Below are positions 12,601 to 27,600 of a DNA stretch of 64,000 nt, piece after piece; positions within the stretch are counted from its first letter, which is position 1, and each line of letters starts with the position of its first letter. Below the pieces are notes generated by a model that saw only the letters and a list, made by a program, of their open reading frames with translations, was not told the DNA's origin and did not search any database. A program made the translations under genes and the position numbers. Origin of the DNA: Glycera tridactyla (taxonomy: Eukaryota); assembly GCA_965644265.1 (NCBI GenBank), contig OZ286469.1:88660001-88724000 (forward strand), read 5' to 3'.

Positions 12601-15600
12601 TCTAGTCACTGTTTATATTGCCAAAAATTGCATGATGTAGATTGGTATGTTATCATGTATGCTTTTAAACACCATCAAATGTCCGTACAACAGCGAGTCA
12701 ACTCTGTGACTCTCACAAGAGAGCATGGCTTATGCTGAGGTTAATTGCTAAAATATACCAAATATGATTAAATTTCATAAATTTTTAAGCAAAGACATGA
12801 TGTGAAAGTCTTTACAATGTCAGTACAACAGCGAGACAACTCTGTGACTCTCACAAGAGAGTGTGGCTTTTGATGGGAATAATTGCTAAAATATACAATA
12901 TATGATTAAATTTCATAATTTTCAAGCAAAGACATGATGTGGAAGTCTACATTCAAGAAGAACATCCACAATGAGTAATATCTTATAACATATCTCCAGT
13001 GCTGAGAATATTGACTACTGATGCAATAATCAATAACTCAGTTAAATAACTGACAATATTTATATGTATATGAATAAAAACATTGGTGACAAAGATCTCT
13101 GGTCATGATGAGGTTATTGAGCAATCCCCATAATGTAATCTAATTAAAAAATTACATCCCAGACATAAATATACAAAACTTAATTTCAAAATGAACAGAC
13201 ATGTCTGCCAAGCAACAGATATCTCTCAAATTAATGAGTGCTAGTGTAGACTCATATTTATTGACTGACTAAGTGGATTACAAAGATAAACAACAGCGGC
13301 ACCATGTGGAAAAACTTATACCAATATCACACTTAATAACACCAGCAAATCAAGCAGTATATGGGGAGTTGCTATCACATCCCACACTTAACAGCTTGCA
13401 ATCAACATTATATTAGAGTCAAACCTGACTATAAAGACCACCCTTGGTTGTGTCATAAAGTGGTGGTAATAGACAGCTGGACTTAGTTGAGATCGTTAGT
13501 GGTAGAAGATGTAATCATAGTGCCACTGGAGGGATTTCCTGCCTAGGAAAGATGTATGGGCCTTTTAGGTACATTTATGTAGACTTCATGTGCCATTTCA
13601 CTCCTTTATGTGCCCAAAATGATGTAGTATCATCAAAGTACACTGGACTATATGAGCCCTTTAGGCACATAGTGAATGTATCTATGTGCCTTTTTCAAAC
13701 TTCATGTGCCTTTTAGCACAGGGCACAGTGTCTGGCTATCCCTGTGCCACTCTGGCTGGTCCTTGTAAGCAGACAGGTTGTCTCACAGATAAAGTCAACT
13801 GTAAATGCTTCACTGATTCCAAACATAAGAAGTGGCAAGAACTAATCAACTGGGAAGAAATACGTGCCAGATCAATGTAATTGACTGATTCATTTGTGTT
13901 TGAGGTCCCTCCAACACCTCTCATATGGGGCTGGGGGGGGGGGGGGAACTATCCTCTACTCTTTAAAAAGAGTGATGATGGATCTCCCAACCATATGTGG
14001 GCATAATACACTGGCATACAAGCCTGGCCTTCAATCATCCAGTCGGCATGCACTGGGGGATGGCTGGTCAATGTGGTAGGATAGCAAGTGCAACATACAC
14101 ATGAATAAAAAATAAAATCATTTCCAGTGTTCAGAATTTCATTACATATGGCTCGTTTGTTGTTTTTATGTCATGTGCATATATTATCCTGATTCATTGT
14201 TGCGTATGTATTGCGTGAATTGAAATCAGGGTATTTGAATTTGAATTTGAATACACACCTGTCACATAGATCTGATTGTCCTGTTCTCGCACCGAGACAC
14301 AGTTCTCAAGTGCTTCATCGTCCATCCCATCTTTTGTCAACTTGGCGTACAGGCGAACATCGCGAGTCTTTGTGAAACTGCACTCGGCGCGGCCATTTGG
14401 TGCCAGCAGGATGGCATCTTTGTGAGTGGGTACCAGTCCATACTGACGTACCGGAGCTCCTGGTCCCCAGTTGGAGTCTGAGCAGAGTGGGTATGGACGG
14501 ATATCTCCGGCGGCTTGATCACAGACAATCTTGTACTCACACACGGCCTACAAACAACAATCAGCCTGTTCATTCTATTCACTAGAGCTGTGATGATTAC
14601 CCGCCTATATCGATTATTGCATCGTTGAGAGGTCCAATTCGATTAATGGATCATGCAAATTGACAATCGACTAAGTTACTGCACCTAAATATCAATACAA
14701 AGCTATGATTTTGCTAAAAATAAATTGGGCATTTTGAGGTCAGCCAGGGGAGAATAAACTCTCATTATTTGATCGATGATTAATCGCTGCCGAGTCGGAG
14801 GACTACTATTAACACACAGCCTACAGACAGAAAGAAACCAATCCATATCATACATCCAGAATCTGTGGGCATTGCCATCTAGGAAATCTACCAAAGTTTA
14901 CCATTATATCTTCAAATGTAGTCAAGGCCATCAAAATAACTCAAATATTCAAATGATTCTGGGCATGGAATGTAATTGTAGCACACAGGAGGCTTTATAA
15001 ACTTCACTGCTCTGAACCCCATTTAGGGGTAGCAGAAGCTGATTCTGATGATGAAACTAATACACGCTGAGCACGATGACAAGAATGTTGACACATTTCA
15101 TCCTAATGACTCACCTTGAAGACATTCTCAACTCGGATGCGATCACCGACAGCCTGGGCAAACACAGTCAGGTAGTAGTTGCCTTCACGTGGTGCTCGGA
15201 AGTAGAAGCTCACACGGTTATCGGTCGTTTCTTGGATGACGTAACGCTTCAACTGGATACCCTGCAGAAGATGATAACACGTTTATGATCCTTGTTATGC
15301 ATTTTCAAATTTGCTGTGACTAGGATGGAAGTCACTACGCTAAACTATGAATGCGAGAAAATAGCAAATTTCACGCATTTACAGAGCGAGCATAAAGTGC
15401 TAGGTTCAAATAATGCATTCTCAAATTCACTATAGCTAAGATGGATCTCATTTTGTTGAACTCTGAATGTGACCAAAAAGCAAATCAAGCTAATGTTTTG
15501 CAAACTTTCAATGGAAACATGGCAAATGTTTTAGATTCGGTGAGGTTTTATCATCTATCTGTCTGGAAAGTGAGCATTTGACAAACATATGCAAAATTGA

Positions 15601-18600
15601 AGATGTTTTTCAAATTTTGTCAGATGATTGCTGATCCATAATGAACTTGTTCATTGCACATGAAAGTTTTTTTGGATGGGTCTTATACAGAATGTCCCAA
15701 GTGCCTGGTCCTCGAAGACATTACACGCCAAGTAGCAATCGGCCACTCTTGCCTTCCCGGGGCCGCTATGAGGGGTGTAATGCCTTCCAGGACCAGGCAC
15801 GAGGGATATTCTATATTTATCATCCGATTTTTGAGTGTTAGAAGTTAGATTAAAATTTTCAGGGCCTTCAAAGTTTAAAAATCCCATCAAGAACGGCGAT
15901 TCTTGCGACGTGTTTATAGGCGGCATTTCACTTTGGATGCTACTAGCCTGGCTGGGTGGAGAGATCACCGTGTAAAATTTGCTGAACACATTTGATGATT
16001 TCTCCGGAAATCATGGATCAATCTTTGCCATATCACATATCTGTATAGAACTATATATCAGCTTCAGGCTCACGTTTAGTTTGTAAAAATTGGACCACTG
16101 ATTGATGAGTTTCATCGACGTTTCTTGAAGTATCTTTCCTAACAATTGACATGGGCGCTGCACAAATCGAAGCCGCGACGCTGTCAGTTGAGAAATTTGC
16201 CGAAAACAATCAGCGATTCCTCCTTGAATCCTTAAGCAATCTTCATCATATCACACATCTGGATAGAACCATATACCACCTTTACTTTCATGTTTAGTTT
16301 GTGAGGATCAGACCAGTGGTTGAGAAGTTTCATTGATTTTTCTTGAGGCATCTTTCCCAACATTTGCCGTGACGCTATCTACAAATTGAACCTGCGAGAC
16401 AGTTGACCCTTGACCTCGATTGTTCTCTCGCGAATGTTTGTTATACTGACCAATCAACGTTGGCGCTTACGCCTCACATGACCTGTCCACCCAGTAGTTG
16501 ATTCTACAGGCACATCTATCTGTACACAGGTTACATGCAAGCAGCTGACATGCACAGTAGACGTTTACCAACACGCTAGACTCGACATCGGATGATAACA
16601 AACTTTGCTATAAGTGAATTGGCTTTACTCAATTTTCTCTTTAGCCAAAATGAAATCATCATTCAACACAAATGGCATTTTATTCAGCTCAGTCGAAATG
16701 TGTAACAAGAGAGGAGAGAAAGGTCTTAGAAAATATGGACATGGATGTTAACGTATAGATGATGGATGGAATGCCGGCTTACCTGCAAGCTCTCCACACC
16801 ATGATCTCCATATCCGAGTTTGAAGGTGAATGCCGTTGGACGAGTGAAACCCAGGGAGAGAACAAGAATTCCTGAAAAATAAGCACCCCCTCATCAGTAT
16901 AATTGCACACACTTTGACATTACAGCCTAAAAGAAAACCGTGATTTATTATAATATGAATACAGATCCAAATATTCTGGAACAACTCATAAAGACATCCC
17001 TTTGTAGAAATGTTACCTACGAGAACAGCCCAGACCACACCTCACATGATCAGAAAAACAGTCTTACTCTGTGGTGACCACTCTTTTTCTGACTTTTTAC
17101 TGATGATGTATTGGGTATCCCAATTATTGTATGCAATTTACATTGATAGAGAACCTAGATAGGTGACCTTGGATGCGAGTGTGTTCCAACATGTTCGGGT
17201 ATAGCTAACAAACCGCGGCAATTGCTACTCATGCAGCTGTATTAAACATGGGAAAACCAGATTGGTCCAGCACAATATAGCATGATAGAGAAACATCAAT
17301 TATCATCAAAATTACCATAATTGGTACACCATGCACTAAAAGAATATTTATCCATCATTCCCAAGTTGTAATTGTGCAATGAGTAACTCAGCCTATGCCC
17401 CCCCCCCCCCCCCCCTTCATATGAGACCACCTCTGAGCACATCATTGATCTTTAACACAAAGAGAGAATTATGAAACCTGGTCTTACATCATAAATCTGG
17501 GGAAGTCTAAGGTGTATTCTACGCCACCAACATCAGCAATATCTACAATGAAAATCAACTCACCCTTGCGTGTATGCAGAACACCCTGGTTCTGATTTTG
17601 GAATTGCATGCCAACATTGAAGAAGAAGGACTTGACGAGAGGGTAGTCTTCAAACTCTGCACGTGATCTAGCGGGGTAGACCAGTTGCCACCCGGGCTCC
17701 TCGGGACAGTGACTGTAGACGATCTGTGCCGGCTCTGGCAGGAAGTAGAAATCATCGTACTCATACACTAGATTCTCTGGGGTATTTCTCTCCGACTGAA
17801 ACCAGAAAGATTGCTCATTAAATCAAGTTATCCATCATTCCATTAGTCATTGCATGACTCTTCAGTCACTGTACATGGATATAAACAAACACTATTGCGG
17901 ACGGGTAGTTTAAACGAAAGAGTCCGGATGGATTCTGAAAGCTCCAAATTTCCCAACTAACAGTGAGTACCGTGAACCTCATCTCAACAAGATTGCGGAT
18001 GTAGTCCATACGGCAAAAGCGCATCTTGGAATATCTGGGTCAACCAATAAGGCTAAAGAAAAGTCAATGAGAGAGAAACAAGGAAAAGTCAATGGAACAA
18101 CTTCATAAAAAAAACATGGAAACTTTCATTAGGCTTAGTATTCAATTGTTCGGAAACCAGTGTGAATGAATAACCCTAGAGTGTGATGGTAGGAGAGAAA
18201 AGGAACATAAAGATGGAAAAGGACCCCCACAGCCATGTGGATGTGCCCAAAAGGCACATGGAATTTGGCATACTTTTCCAAGATGATATATATTAGAGGC
18301 ACATGGAAACTGCATCGATATGCCTAAATGGTCAATACATTTTCCATACTTGGGAAATCCCTGCAACTGCGGGCCATCAAGAGCCTGCAGTTTAGTCAAA
18401 TATTGAAATATTTGGTTCAATGATGGACCCAAACCATCCTCATCCAAAACTCCCAGCCTATTCTACCAACAAAAACAAAATAGTTGGTCACTGATTCCTG
18501 AGCTGGGCTATATTCATATGGTATATTTATATGCATAATGATGTCTCGATGTTTGAAGACTGGTCATAGCCGAGATCAGCGTGCGCTGGTATTTTTGTAT

Positions 18601-21600
18601 TTTTATTTGTTTTCTCTGCCATGAATGTCGCTACAACCGCCAGGTAAAATAAAGTCTATGTCATTGTCATTGTCATATTTTCCAGTACTAAGGACCCAGG
18701 AAGTGATGGTCAGACATAGTGTCAAGTGTAAGTAGCTGTTCAAACACACCTCTACCAACATGACATAAGACTGAAGATCCCATGTCTGACACCTATCTGA
18801 CTATGCAACTGGCTGGAAGATGGAACTCGAGCCGGACGACAATATTTCCCAATGATGGATGTTGAAACTCGAGAGCACCAGCTCCACGTTATAAGAGATA
18901 TCCAGACTCATTACCCTATGCTGAAAGGCATATAAAGTTGAAAATCGGCACATACAGCCAAATACATGCATTTTGGGATACTCTCTTATGACATGGAATT
19001 GGGCACAGGAAAATGTTAAGAATGCAAATGGAAACTGCATAAACTGGTGCCAATGGTTCATATATCTTCCCTACTCAGGGAACACCTGAATTATTAATCG
19101 GCTTTCTTTGATATAACTATGAGACAACGCCCGAATGAAAAAGTGATATTGGTGACATTAGAATAAAACCCTATTTATGACAAATCTCAAGTTATACTGA
19201 GTTGTCCTTTTTTATTTCGACTATCTGTGGCAACTGATGAATTTGTATGCAACCCAAAGTTGCATCAAACTTTCAAGATAGACATGCCAATGTTGCCTCC
19301 CGCCTTCCTGGCGACTTCATGCAGTCAGAAAACAGCCGACCTAATAGAGATGAATTTTGTTTTCTTCCATTGGGCATTTGATTCGGGAAGCTGACATACA
19401 TCATCTGGCTGAGCACATGAATGGATTCTTCTCATGCGATGCGATACTTACCGTATATACTCGCATATTAGCCTTCTCCGCGTATAAGCCGGGGGTAAGA
19501 TTTCGCCTCCAAAAGTCAGGATTTAGTCAATTATTCAAATATAAGCCTCCCCCCCCCCCCCCCCCCCCCAATGATTTTGCAGAGTGAACACGGTGACGAG
19601 TGCCGTGATACATCAAAGAAAACTGTGTAGAGAAGCCAATTCACGGCTCACCCGGGCTATTGTTGGTTCGTTCGCGCCTTCATACTTCAAAGATTCATGT
19701 GTACAATCCATGTTGAGGAGATCGCCACCACTGAAAAAAACACGTTTCAAAGCCAAAAGAGCATGTATTTCGCTATGAAAACGAAAGGCTGGCTTCACCA
19801 ATAGCGATTTGAGCGCCAGTGTTCGGTCATGTGACGAGACTGGCATCCCGGATATAAAGGGAAACCCCGGAATGACGTCATATATACTTCACATAAATTA
19901 TGTGAATTGTTTTTTTCTCGTTATTGCCCATATTTGGTCATCATCGATCATGTGACTAATGGTGGTTGAAATGGCGGCACACTCGTGAAACTTATAAGTT
20001 TTACAAGATGACATTTGCACATGTTTTTGTTGGTTCTTTCGAAATCCAAGATGGCGGCGGCCGCCGCTAGCAAAACCCCACCAAGGCTCTTCGTTTATGT
20101 TGACATTTGGCTCTGAGGAAATTTATACTCGCGTATATGCCGCCCCCCCTCTTTTGCCCTGATTTTTTTTCGTCAAAAAATGGGCTTATATGCGAGTATA
20201 TACGGTACCTGGTATTACATCCCTCCTCTGATACTCCACATATTCATATACATGTACATGTGGTGCAAGAGAATCCAATGGCCACACAGATGAACCAATC
20301 AACCCAAAGCTCATCCCAAAACCAAGTACACATCATACTTCACCCTGACACTAAGTTGCAGTCTAACCTGCCCTAATCAACCACTGTACTAAGCAGTCAT
20401 CTTTCTTAGGGAACCATCTGTCTTAAGCAGCCAATTTGTGTCCATACCACGGGTGTTCACCTAATATACCGGTTGTATTGTGCTTCAATTCATGCAATGG
20501 GCCAGTTTCTGGTGTTTGCACTCCTTTTTGTGATCTCCGTCGGAGATCACTATGCCACCACCTCTCTGCTCAAAATGCTTTCTAACTTCGCCGATTCTGG
20601 CGCTTGTAACTGTTATCATCAACGGATTTAGGGTCGAACCTGTGTGAAAGTCACCAATTATGTAATCTAACACAATTTTAACATGATATATCGATCTGAT
20701 GAATGACACTTTGAAGAAATGTAGCGATTACGTATTAGACATTTCTCCTTATACTCGTTTTTGTGGCCGATCGCTGAAGCACACAGGTACGACCGCTTAG
20801 AGATGTATAGCTACGCACAAATAGTAAATGCCTGTCAATCAAGCTCTTTGGCCACGCCCACTTCGAAAAAGTAGTGCCTCTTGTTCACACCTCATTACCA
20901 GGTTTCATGGAGAAATACCGAACATACTGTTGGAATGATCATCTGTATTGATTCCTCGATATCCGTCTGTCTTATCTGTATGCATAAATCTCGAAAAAAT
21001 CCATGTTTTGATAGATATGATCGTTTGTAGGGGTTTAAAGTAGTGCATCTTGTTTGCACCTCATCACCAGGTTTGATGGATCACTGCGCCGATTTCTGAA
21101 TGAAGTTGTAGATAGTGTGTGTAATATATGCCAATCAGAGAGCAGCACTCGCACGAATGATGGCGATTTGATGAATGCTTCAGTTTGTGATAGAACATGG
21201 CCATAAGACAAATCCACGGATGGCTCGCTCATGACTCACACCGAGAGAACTGCCACCGCAAATTCCTGAAGGAGGGCTTGTCACTATTCCCCGATTCTCG
21301 ATTTAATCGGAACACAGTCAGCACATATATTTCAGGGGAAAATATGGCCTCTTTGATGAAAAAAGCTATGGATGCTGTCATCTTGCTACACCCAAAACAA
21401 ACCCTATACCCTAGGAGACTGCTCTGTGAAAATGTATGACTCTGGAGACAAAACATTAATGAAACAACGTAGTGGTTGTGGTGCCAGTGTTGCAAACAGA
21501 TTATAATTGATAATCGATCGGCTGGGCTAACCGATAATCGATTCTCAAAATGCAACCGATTGCCAACACTACCTAATACAGGTTCTACTGAAGCTCGCCT

Positions 21601-24600
21601 ACTGCATTCGGTTCTCGTGCTTGCAGTTGTTTTGGTACACAACCATAGCAAATACACAACTATTTTCACGTGGGAAGAAACTATATTTCACAATACACCA
21701 TTGAAACATACAAATTAAATTTTCACAAATCATCCAATTTCTTTGTGGATTTGAACCAGAATCTCCAGCCTGGCACCAACTGCCCAGCCTTTGAATAAGC
21801 AAGCTGTCTTGTATGCTGAGCTATCTTCATGTGGTTATCATTTCTTTGGTAAATAGTCTGTAAGATGAAGTGTTTTGGCTTGGTAAAGAGTGACTAGAAT
21901 CAACACAAGATCTCTGATGTAAACATTTGTGGGTTGTATGTGCTTATGTGGTAGACAGTTTTTGAGATACTTCTCAATGTTTTACATCATCTGAGGTCAG
22001 TCTATCTCCCTGATATGTTGAACATGGAAAATTTGAATCTTTTCTCATCACCATAATCTCTTCCAGACAAATGTCCTCAGCCTAATGTTTTGTTTTGTTG
22101 AATTTTCTCATGGAAGTTTTACAAACTCGCTTAAATTCCAGGAAACAAAGGGAGTAACTGGAACTGCCGTCAAGCTCCAAGAAACAGCCCAGATAAGTTT
22201 CAGTGCTGAGAACATCCTAAATGCCCCCACAACTGGATGTAGGACATGATTGAATAGTTGAACATCCACAACATGCATAAACGCAAAGGGTTGTGCATGA
22301 GGTGTGTTTCTGATCTATGGAAATTGGATGCTATGTCCCCTGTGGACATCACTCATACAAACCCAGAACACATGATAGAGAACCAGAAAGGCTGACAAGT
22401 ATGGGTAGCTGTCACTTCAGACACACCCCTACCTACATAAAATAATATAAAGGAACCAATGGATAACTATCTATATAATTACTTGAAGGCTTACATTCAA
22501 GTCCAAACCAATGCTTCACACAATTGAATTTATTCAGTTCACAGACCAAAGTGTTCATTGATAAGTGGACAGCCTCGAGTCAACTATGCGGCTTTCATGA
22601 AGCACACACTCCTTCTGCATCTAAGTCGCCTAATAACTTTATAGCTAATGTTAGTTGTTTGTAAGTGGAGCAACATTAAATAAAATGTATCTTCTCTTAT
22701 TTCATCTGCATCCTCAAAGTGACATCCATCCACAGTTCCTCCTTATTCACCCACATTTGGCCCATCTTGCACAGAATGAACACGGAAAAACTGTTCATGT
22801 CTTTTGTATCATTTTTTGATCACTGGGCTTGAGGGGCAGTTGTGAGAAATCTGTCTGGCTCAAAAGATGGTGCCAAGGCTTTGGTGGGAATTGCTCAAGT
22901 GAATAAATGGACGGGTGTCTGACAGCTTCATCTGGCCGTGTCGTCATTCATCATATACCCGATCATATACCCGGGGACTCATCTCACACATTCACCAGCT
23001 TGCCCTTGCTACAACCTGTCCCCTTTAAGAAGACATCAGCCTCCATTGGCGATTGTGGACTACTTGAAGTGAACTGATTACACGTTGTAAGATGGTTTAC
23101 TAGAATGAGAACATAACCTTTTCATATTTACAGCTGTGAGAAGGTCACCTTGAAGANNNNNNNNNNNNNNNNNNNNNNNNNNNNNNNNNNNNNNNNNNNN
23201 NNNNNNNNNNNNNNNNNNNNNNNNNNNNNNNNNNNNNNNNNNNNNNNNNNNNNNNNNNNNNNNNNNNNNNNNNNNNNNNNNNNNNNNNNNNNNNNNNNNN
23301 NNNNNNNNNNNNNNNNNNNNNNNNNNGGACAGTTGATATTTGAGAGGGGTATTAATGATCACCACCATGACAAATATCACGATACCAACGACCTGAGAAT
23401 TCCCCCCCCCCCCCCCCCATAAAAAACTCAGCTGCTTCTTCATTCAATTGACTACAAAATTGCTGTGAGAAAATTTAACCAGTTGAGAAACAAAATGTCA
23501 CAAAAAGGTACTCGCATAAAGAGAGTCAGAAAAAAACTCAGATATACTGCTCCCAAAGCAAGATTTATAAGGGGAACTAAGTACTTGGGTGAATACATCA
23601 AAATTCTGTAAAACACTGAGATATACAGGACCGCAGAAAAGCTGCATTGTTCCACTCAATGAAAACCTGATAATAGCCACAATCTCTCATCTTGGAATTC
23701 AGTATCTCATCATCTGAATTGAATACCATGCACTGTAATAAGCAAGAAACTCGCTAGAGCAACCTTGCTGTATTCATCCATCAGATCATTTTCGCTTTAA
23801 TTTGGCTGCATGCTCAGGACAGGTTCGACTGTATATTAAACTCAGTTTCACTCATGGACAGGCTCAGCAAGATAAGTGCAAAATCAGTGAAAAGAATATG
23901 TAGACGATCCCAAAGTTTTCCCAGTATCACGGTGAAAGCCGTTGTCTACAGAATAAGCACTTGCCATGAATATAAGGCCATGAATACAAACCCATTCATT
24001 ATAACTGCATATAAATTGTCTATTTATCATGAACATTGTTTCGAAGAGTTGTACCTGAAGTAGGCTTTCTCTCCTGACCTGAGGGCTCTTGCCAAACTAA
24101 CCACCCAATATTTTTCACAGAGGACTAGTTGGTGTGAAACAATTTTTCTGCCTTAGTTATATACTCCCCGGAGTAAAAATGTTTATTGAAATGAATCAAA
24201 TTTATCAAAGCAAACAAGATCTGTGATTCATTATAACAGAACAGAAGCAAAACACACACAAAACGAATGAGAGCCAAGATTTCATGAAGCCTAGGGGCAA
24301 AAATATATGATTCCTGGGTTNNNNNNNNNNNNNNNNNNNNNNNNNNNNNNNNNNNNNNNNNNNNNNNNNNNNNNNNNNNNNNNNNNNNNNNNNNNNNNNN
24401 NNNNNNNNNNNNNNNNNNNNNNNNNNNNNNNNNNNNNNNNNNNNNNNNNNNNNNNNNNNNNNNNNNTTGATGGAGAGACCATGATAATCAGGGTGGTATC
24501 TCATTACATGTTAAACTAAATTATCTTCAGGGTTTCTAACACAGTCATTCAGTGAGAACAATATAAAATGAGTGCTGATCAGGTGACAAAGGTCTCACTC

Positions 24601-27600
24601 TACAACAGAAGGAGATGATGGTGGTTCAGCTGGGTTTTTTGTTTTCTGCCAAACGTAGCACTTGACACGTGCACCTTTCTGGCCAGGATGCAGGACACAC
24701 TATCTCAGCATCATATTCAGCATGTGAGTAGTTTGTGAACCAAGTTCCCATAAGCAGGTTCAAGGGCAAACAAATACAGTAGAGCCAGCACAAGACCACC
24801 TCTGTACAAAGGCCACTGCCAAGACTGATTCCTATAGTAAACGACCTCTCATCAAAGGTCCCCTTTTGATGCCAAGGGTGGTCTTTGTAGACAGGCTTGA
24901 CTCTAGTTGGAATATATCCCATAAGCAATGGCAATTTATCTTCAATTGGTGTGGCTCAAACAACCATGGATTGTAAAAACATTGATTTACAACATCAAAT
25001 TTCAATTCCCAATTGAATAGCCAGAGACAGAGATCGCCAAGACAGAACTCATTAGTTTACCTGTGGGCCCGACTTACCCATCACGAAACTCGAACATGTT
25101 CAACAGAAAATAGCAAACTCAAAAGAAGATCTTCACAGAAAAAAACACTGAAGGCATGGTACAGCACGATTCATCAGGGTAAGATGATAGGGGGAGCAGG
25201 CATGTTAAACTGGCCCCAAGTTGGTCCCAAACCGAATTGGTCCAAAACCGGAGAAACCATACAGCCCAACAGCAGAGATCCTGCTTGCAGGTTTAGCCAA
25301 TCAATGGCAGTGTGGACGGATGCGAGAATCAATGAGTACCTGCACCAGGATCCGTGACTTTGAGCTCGACTTCCTCCAATAACTTACCAATCTCCAAATG
25401 ACAGGCTACCAACACAGTCAACTAAAGAAATCACTAGATGTATCACATACTGTTGGGTTTAGGAAGCAAATTGGGGAGCCAAAAAGGATATATATTGGGT
25501 GTTGACATCCTCATCGGAATTGGCTCTACCCGCATACAGAATTTCATGGGATTTCAAAATAGATCACAGATACCATAAGTAGTTTTATGAAAATTGGACC
25601 AGCCAAGAGTTATTGCATGAGATAACAACGGAAGGACAAATTAACATGCGTGTACGTATGCCAGGGATGAAACTATAAAACCCTGCTTATTCAAGAGCGG
25701 GGTATGAAAATCCATGGGCTGTAGGTATTATCATGTGGCTTACAACTGTCCACTCTTTCCAAGTCAAAATCACAGGAGGACATTTGATAAGCATTTTCCT
25801 TGCCTTCTTTGATGGCAGAAGTATGCATTTATGACTGGTGGCCTGCTATCTCCAAGTCTCTCCATAAAGTACATCATGCTACCAAATGGGCAGCTTGTAT
25901 AACAAAATGCCTCTTGAAGTGACTACTGTATACTAAATCCATCACTTCATCATCAACTGGGAAAATTGTACTCTCCCATCAGGAGAGTGAGTTGAGCATT
26001 GTCACTCTCCCGAAATCTAATTCACTCTCCCTGGGATTCAGGAGAGTGGCTAAATTTGAAGACTACTTTCCATGATCCAGGCTGCCAGCATGCAGGAGGC
26101 CAGGTGCTGATATGCTGTATGAGTGCATCAGTACTCTTTGTCTGCAGGCAAAAGAGTCACAGCACAGTATCAAAACACACTGTAGATCACACCAATGGTT
26201 CAGCGCAATACTAAGCTAACTCAGTACTTTGTCCATAGTGAGTTAGCCTAGTATTGCGCTGAGCAATCAACGAAACCTGTCACAAGTATGCTACCAGGTG
26301 AGTACACTGAAGTACATGCTTAGAAAGGTTCATGCTTAGTAGATATATTTAAGTGGAAATACTTAGGTGAAATTACCTCAAAATGGATGCTTTAGACAGG
26401 TCTTCGCTTAGTACTGGGGACCCTCAAGGCAGGTGTGACTGCACTTGCCGCCAAAAACACTGGATGGCAAACGGGAAAACTTGCACGTTCAGACCATGAC
26501 CAAGAACATTGCCCAAAACTTTCAACAAGTACCATCAATTTTGGGATATTCCAATTAACAATATCATAGGACAGACCTGTTGGTGGCGTGGAAGATCTCA
26601 ACATGTGTTTAGCGGGTTTTCTATAGCACCTACCTGGAGGTATCTGGTGGCCCAGTGGCTGTCGACCATCTGCCAGTTTCCGTCGATGTTGACGGCGTTC
26701 CAGCTGTGGTTGATGGGCGTGCTGGTGATGGGATTGCCAGGTCGGTAGTCCACGCCTTTCGCCCAACCACTCACAGTCACGCAGTGTAACCCAGAGTAAC
26801 TGAAAAATCATGAAAACAGACATCAAAAACAGTACACTATGAATAGATTTCATTTTTCTATAAATTTTTCGGTTGGAATTTGTTAAGATATCAGATGCGA
26901 AATCATACGATGGTACCTATGACTAAACAGCCAACTGCTGAGACAGTTGAGCTTGTGTCAAGATTGCAGCTGACAACAATTTGGAGATAAGTTAGGTGAA
27001 ACAACCCTTGATTACCAATCTCATGATATTGGGCCTATTCGACTGGTCGGTTTCGTTGAAAGTGTGTCAACGGAAATGTACTCAACGATCATAGCCCAGC
27101 CGAATAGGTTTCAAGTTCAACGCAGTCAAATGATCGTTGAGATTGTACACAATGAAAAATCGTTAGCCGACAACTCAAATACAAAACGTAGTCAACGGAC
27201 CGAGCCTACTCAACGAAACCAACCAGTCGAATAGGCCTAATGGTAATGCAAACAATGTTGTCTCCTGAAGGTAAAACTTCAATGGAGAACTCACATGACA
27301 TCAATTAGATATTTGAACCGGAATGATACAAGACAAACTGGGATGCTGACATATCAAGTAACTATCGCAAATGATTGTGGTCCAATTTCCCTGATATAGC
27401 CACCAAAATATAAGATCTGAAGCTTTGCAAGGTACGTCTGATCAGTTAATTATTGAACAAGTCAAATCCACCACCGATGACGAGCCATCAGTTCTGTGAG
27501 ACCGCTCTCCGTTCTCACCTACAGTGATCTCTCATTGAAGGTCTGATTGCTTATAAAAACAGTAGCTTGGAACTTACCATGCAAGACATTCGAAGATACG

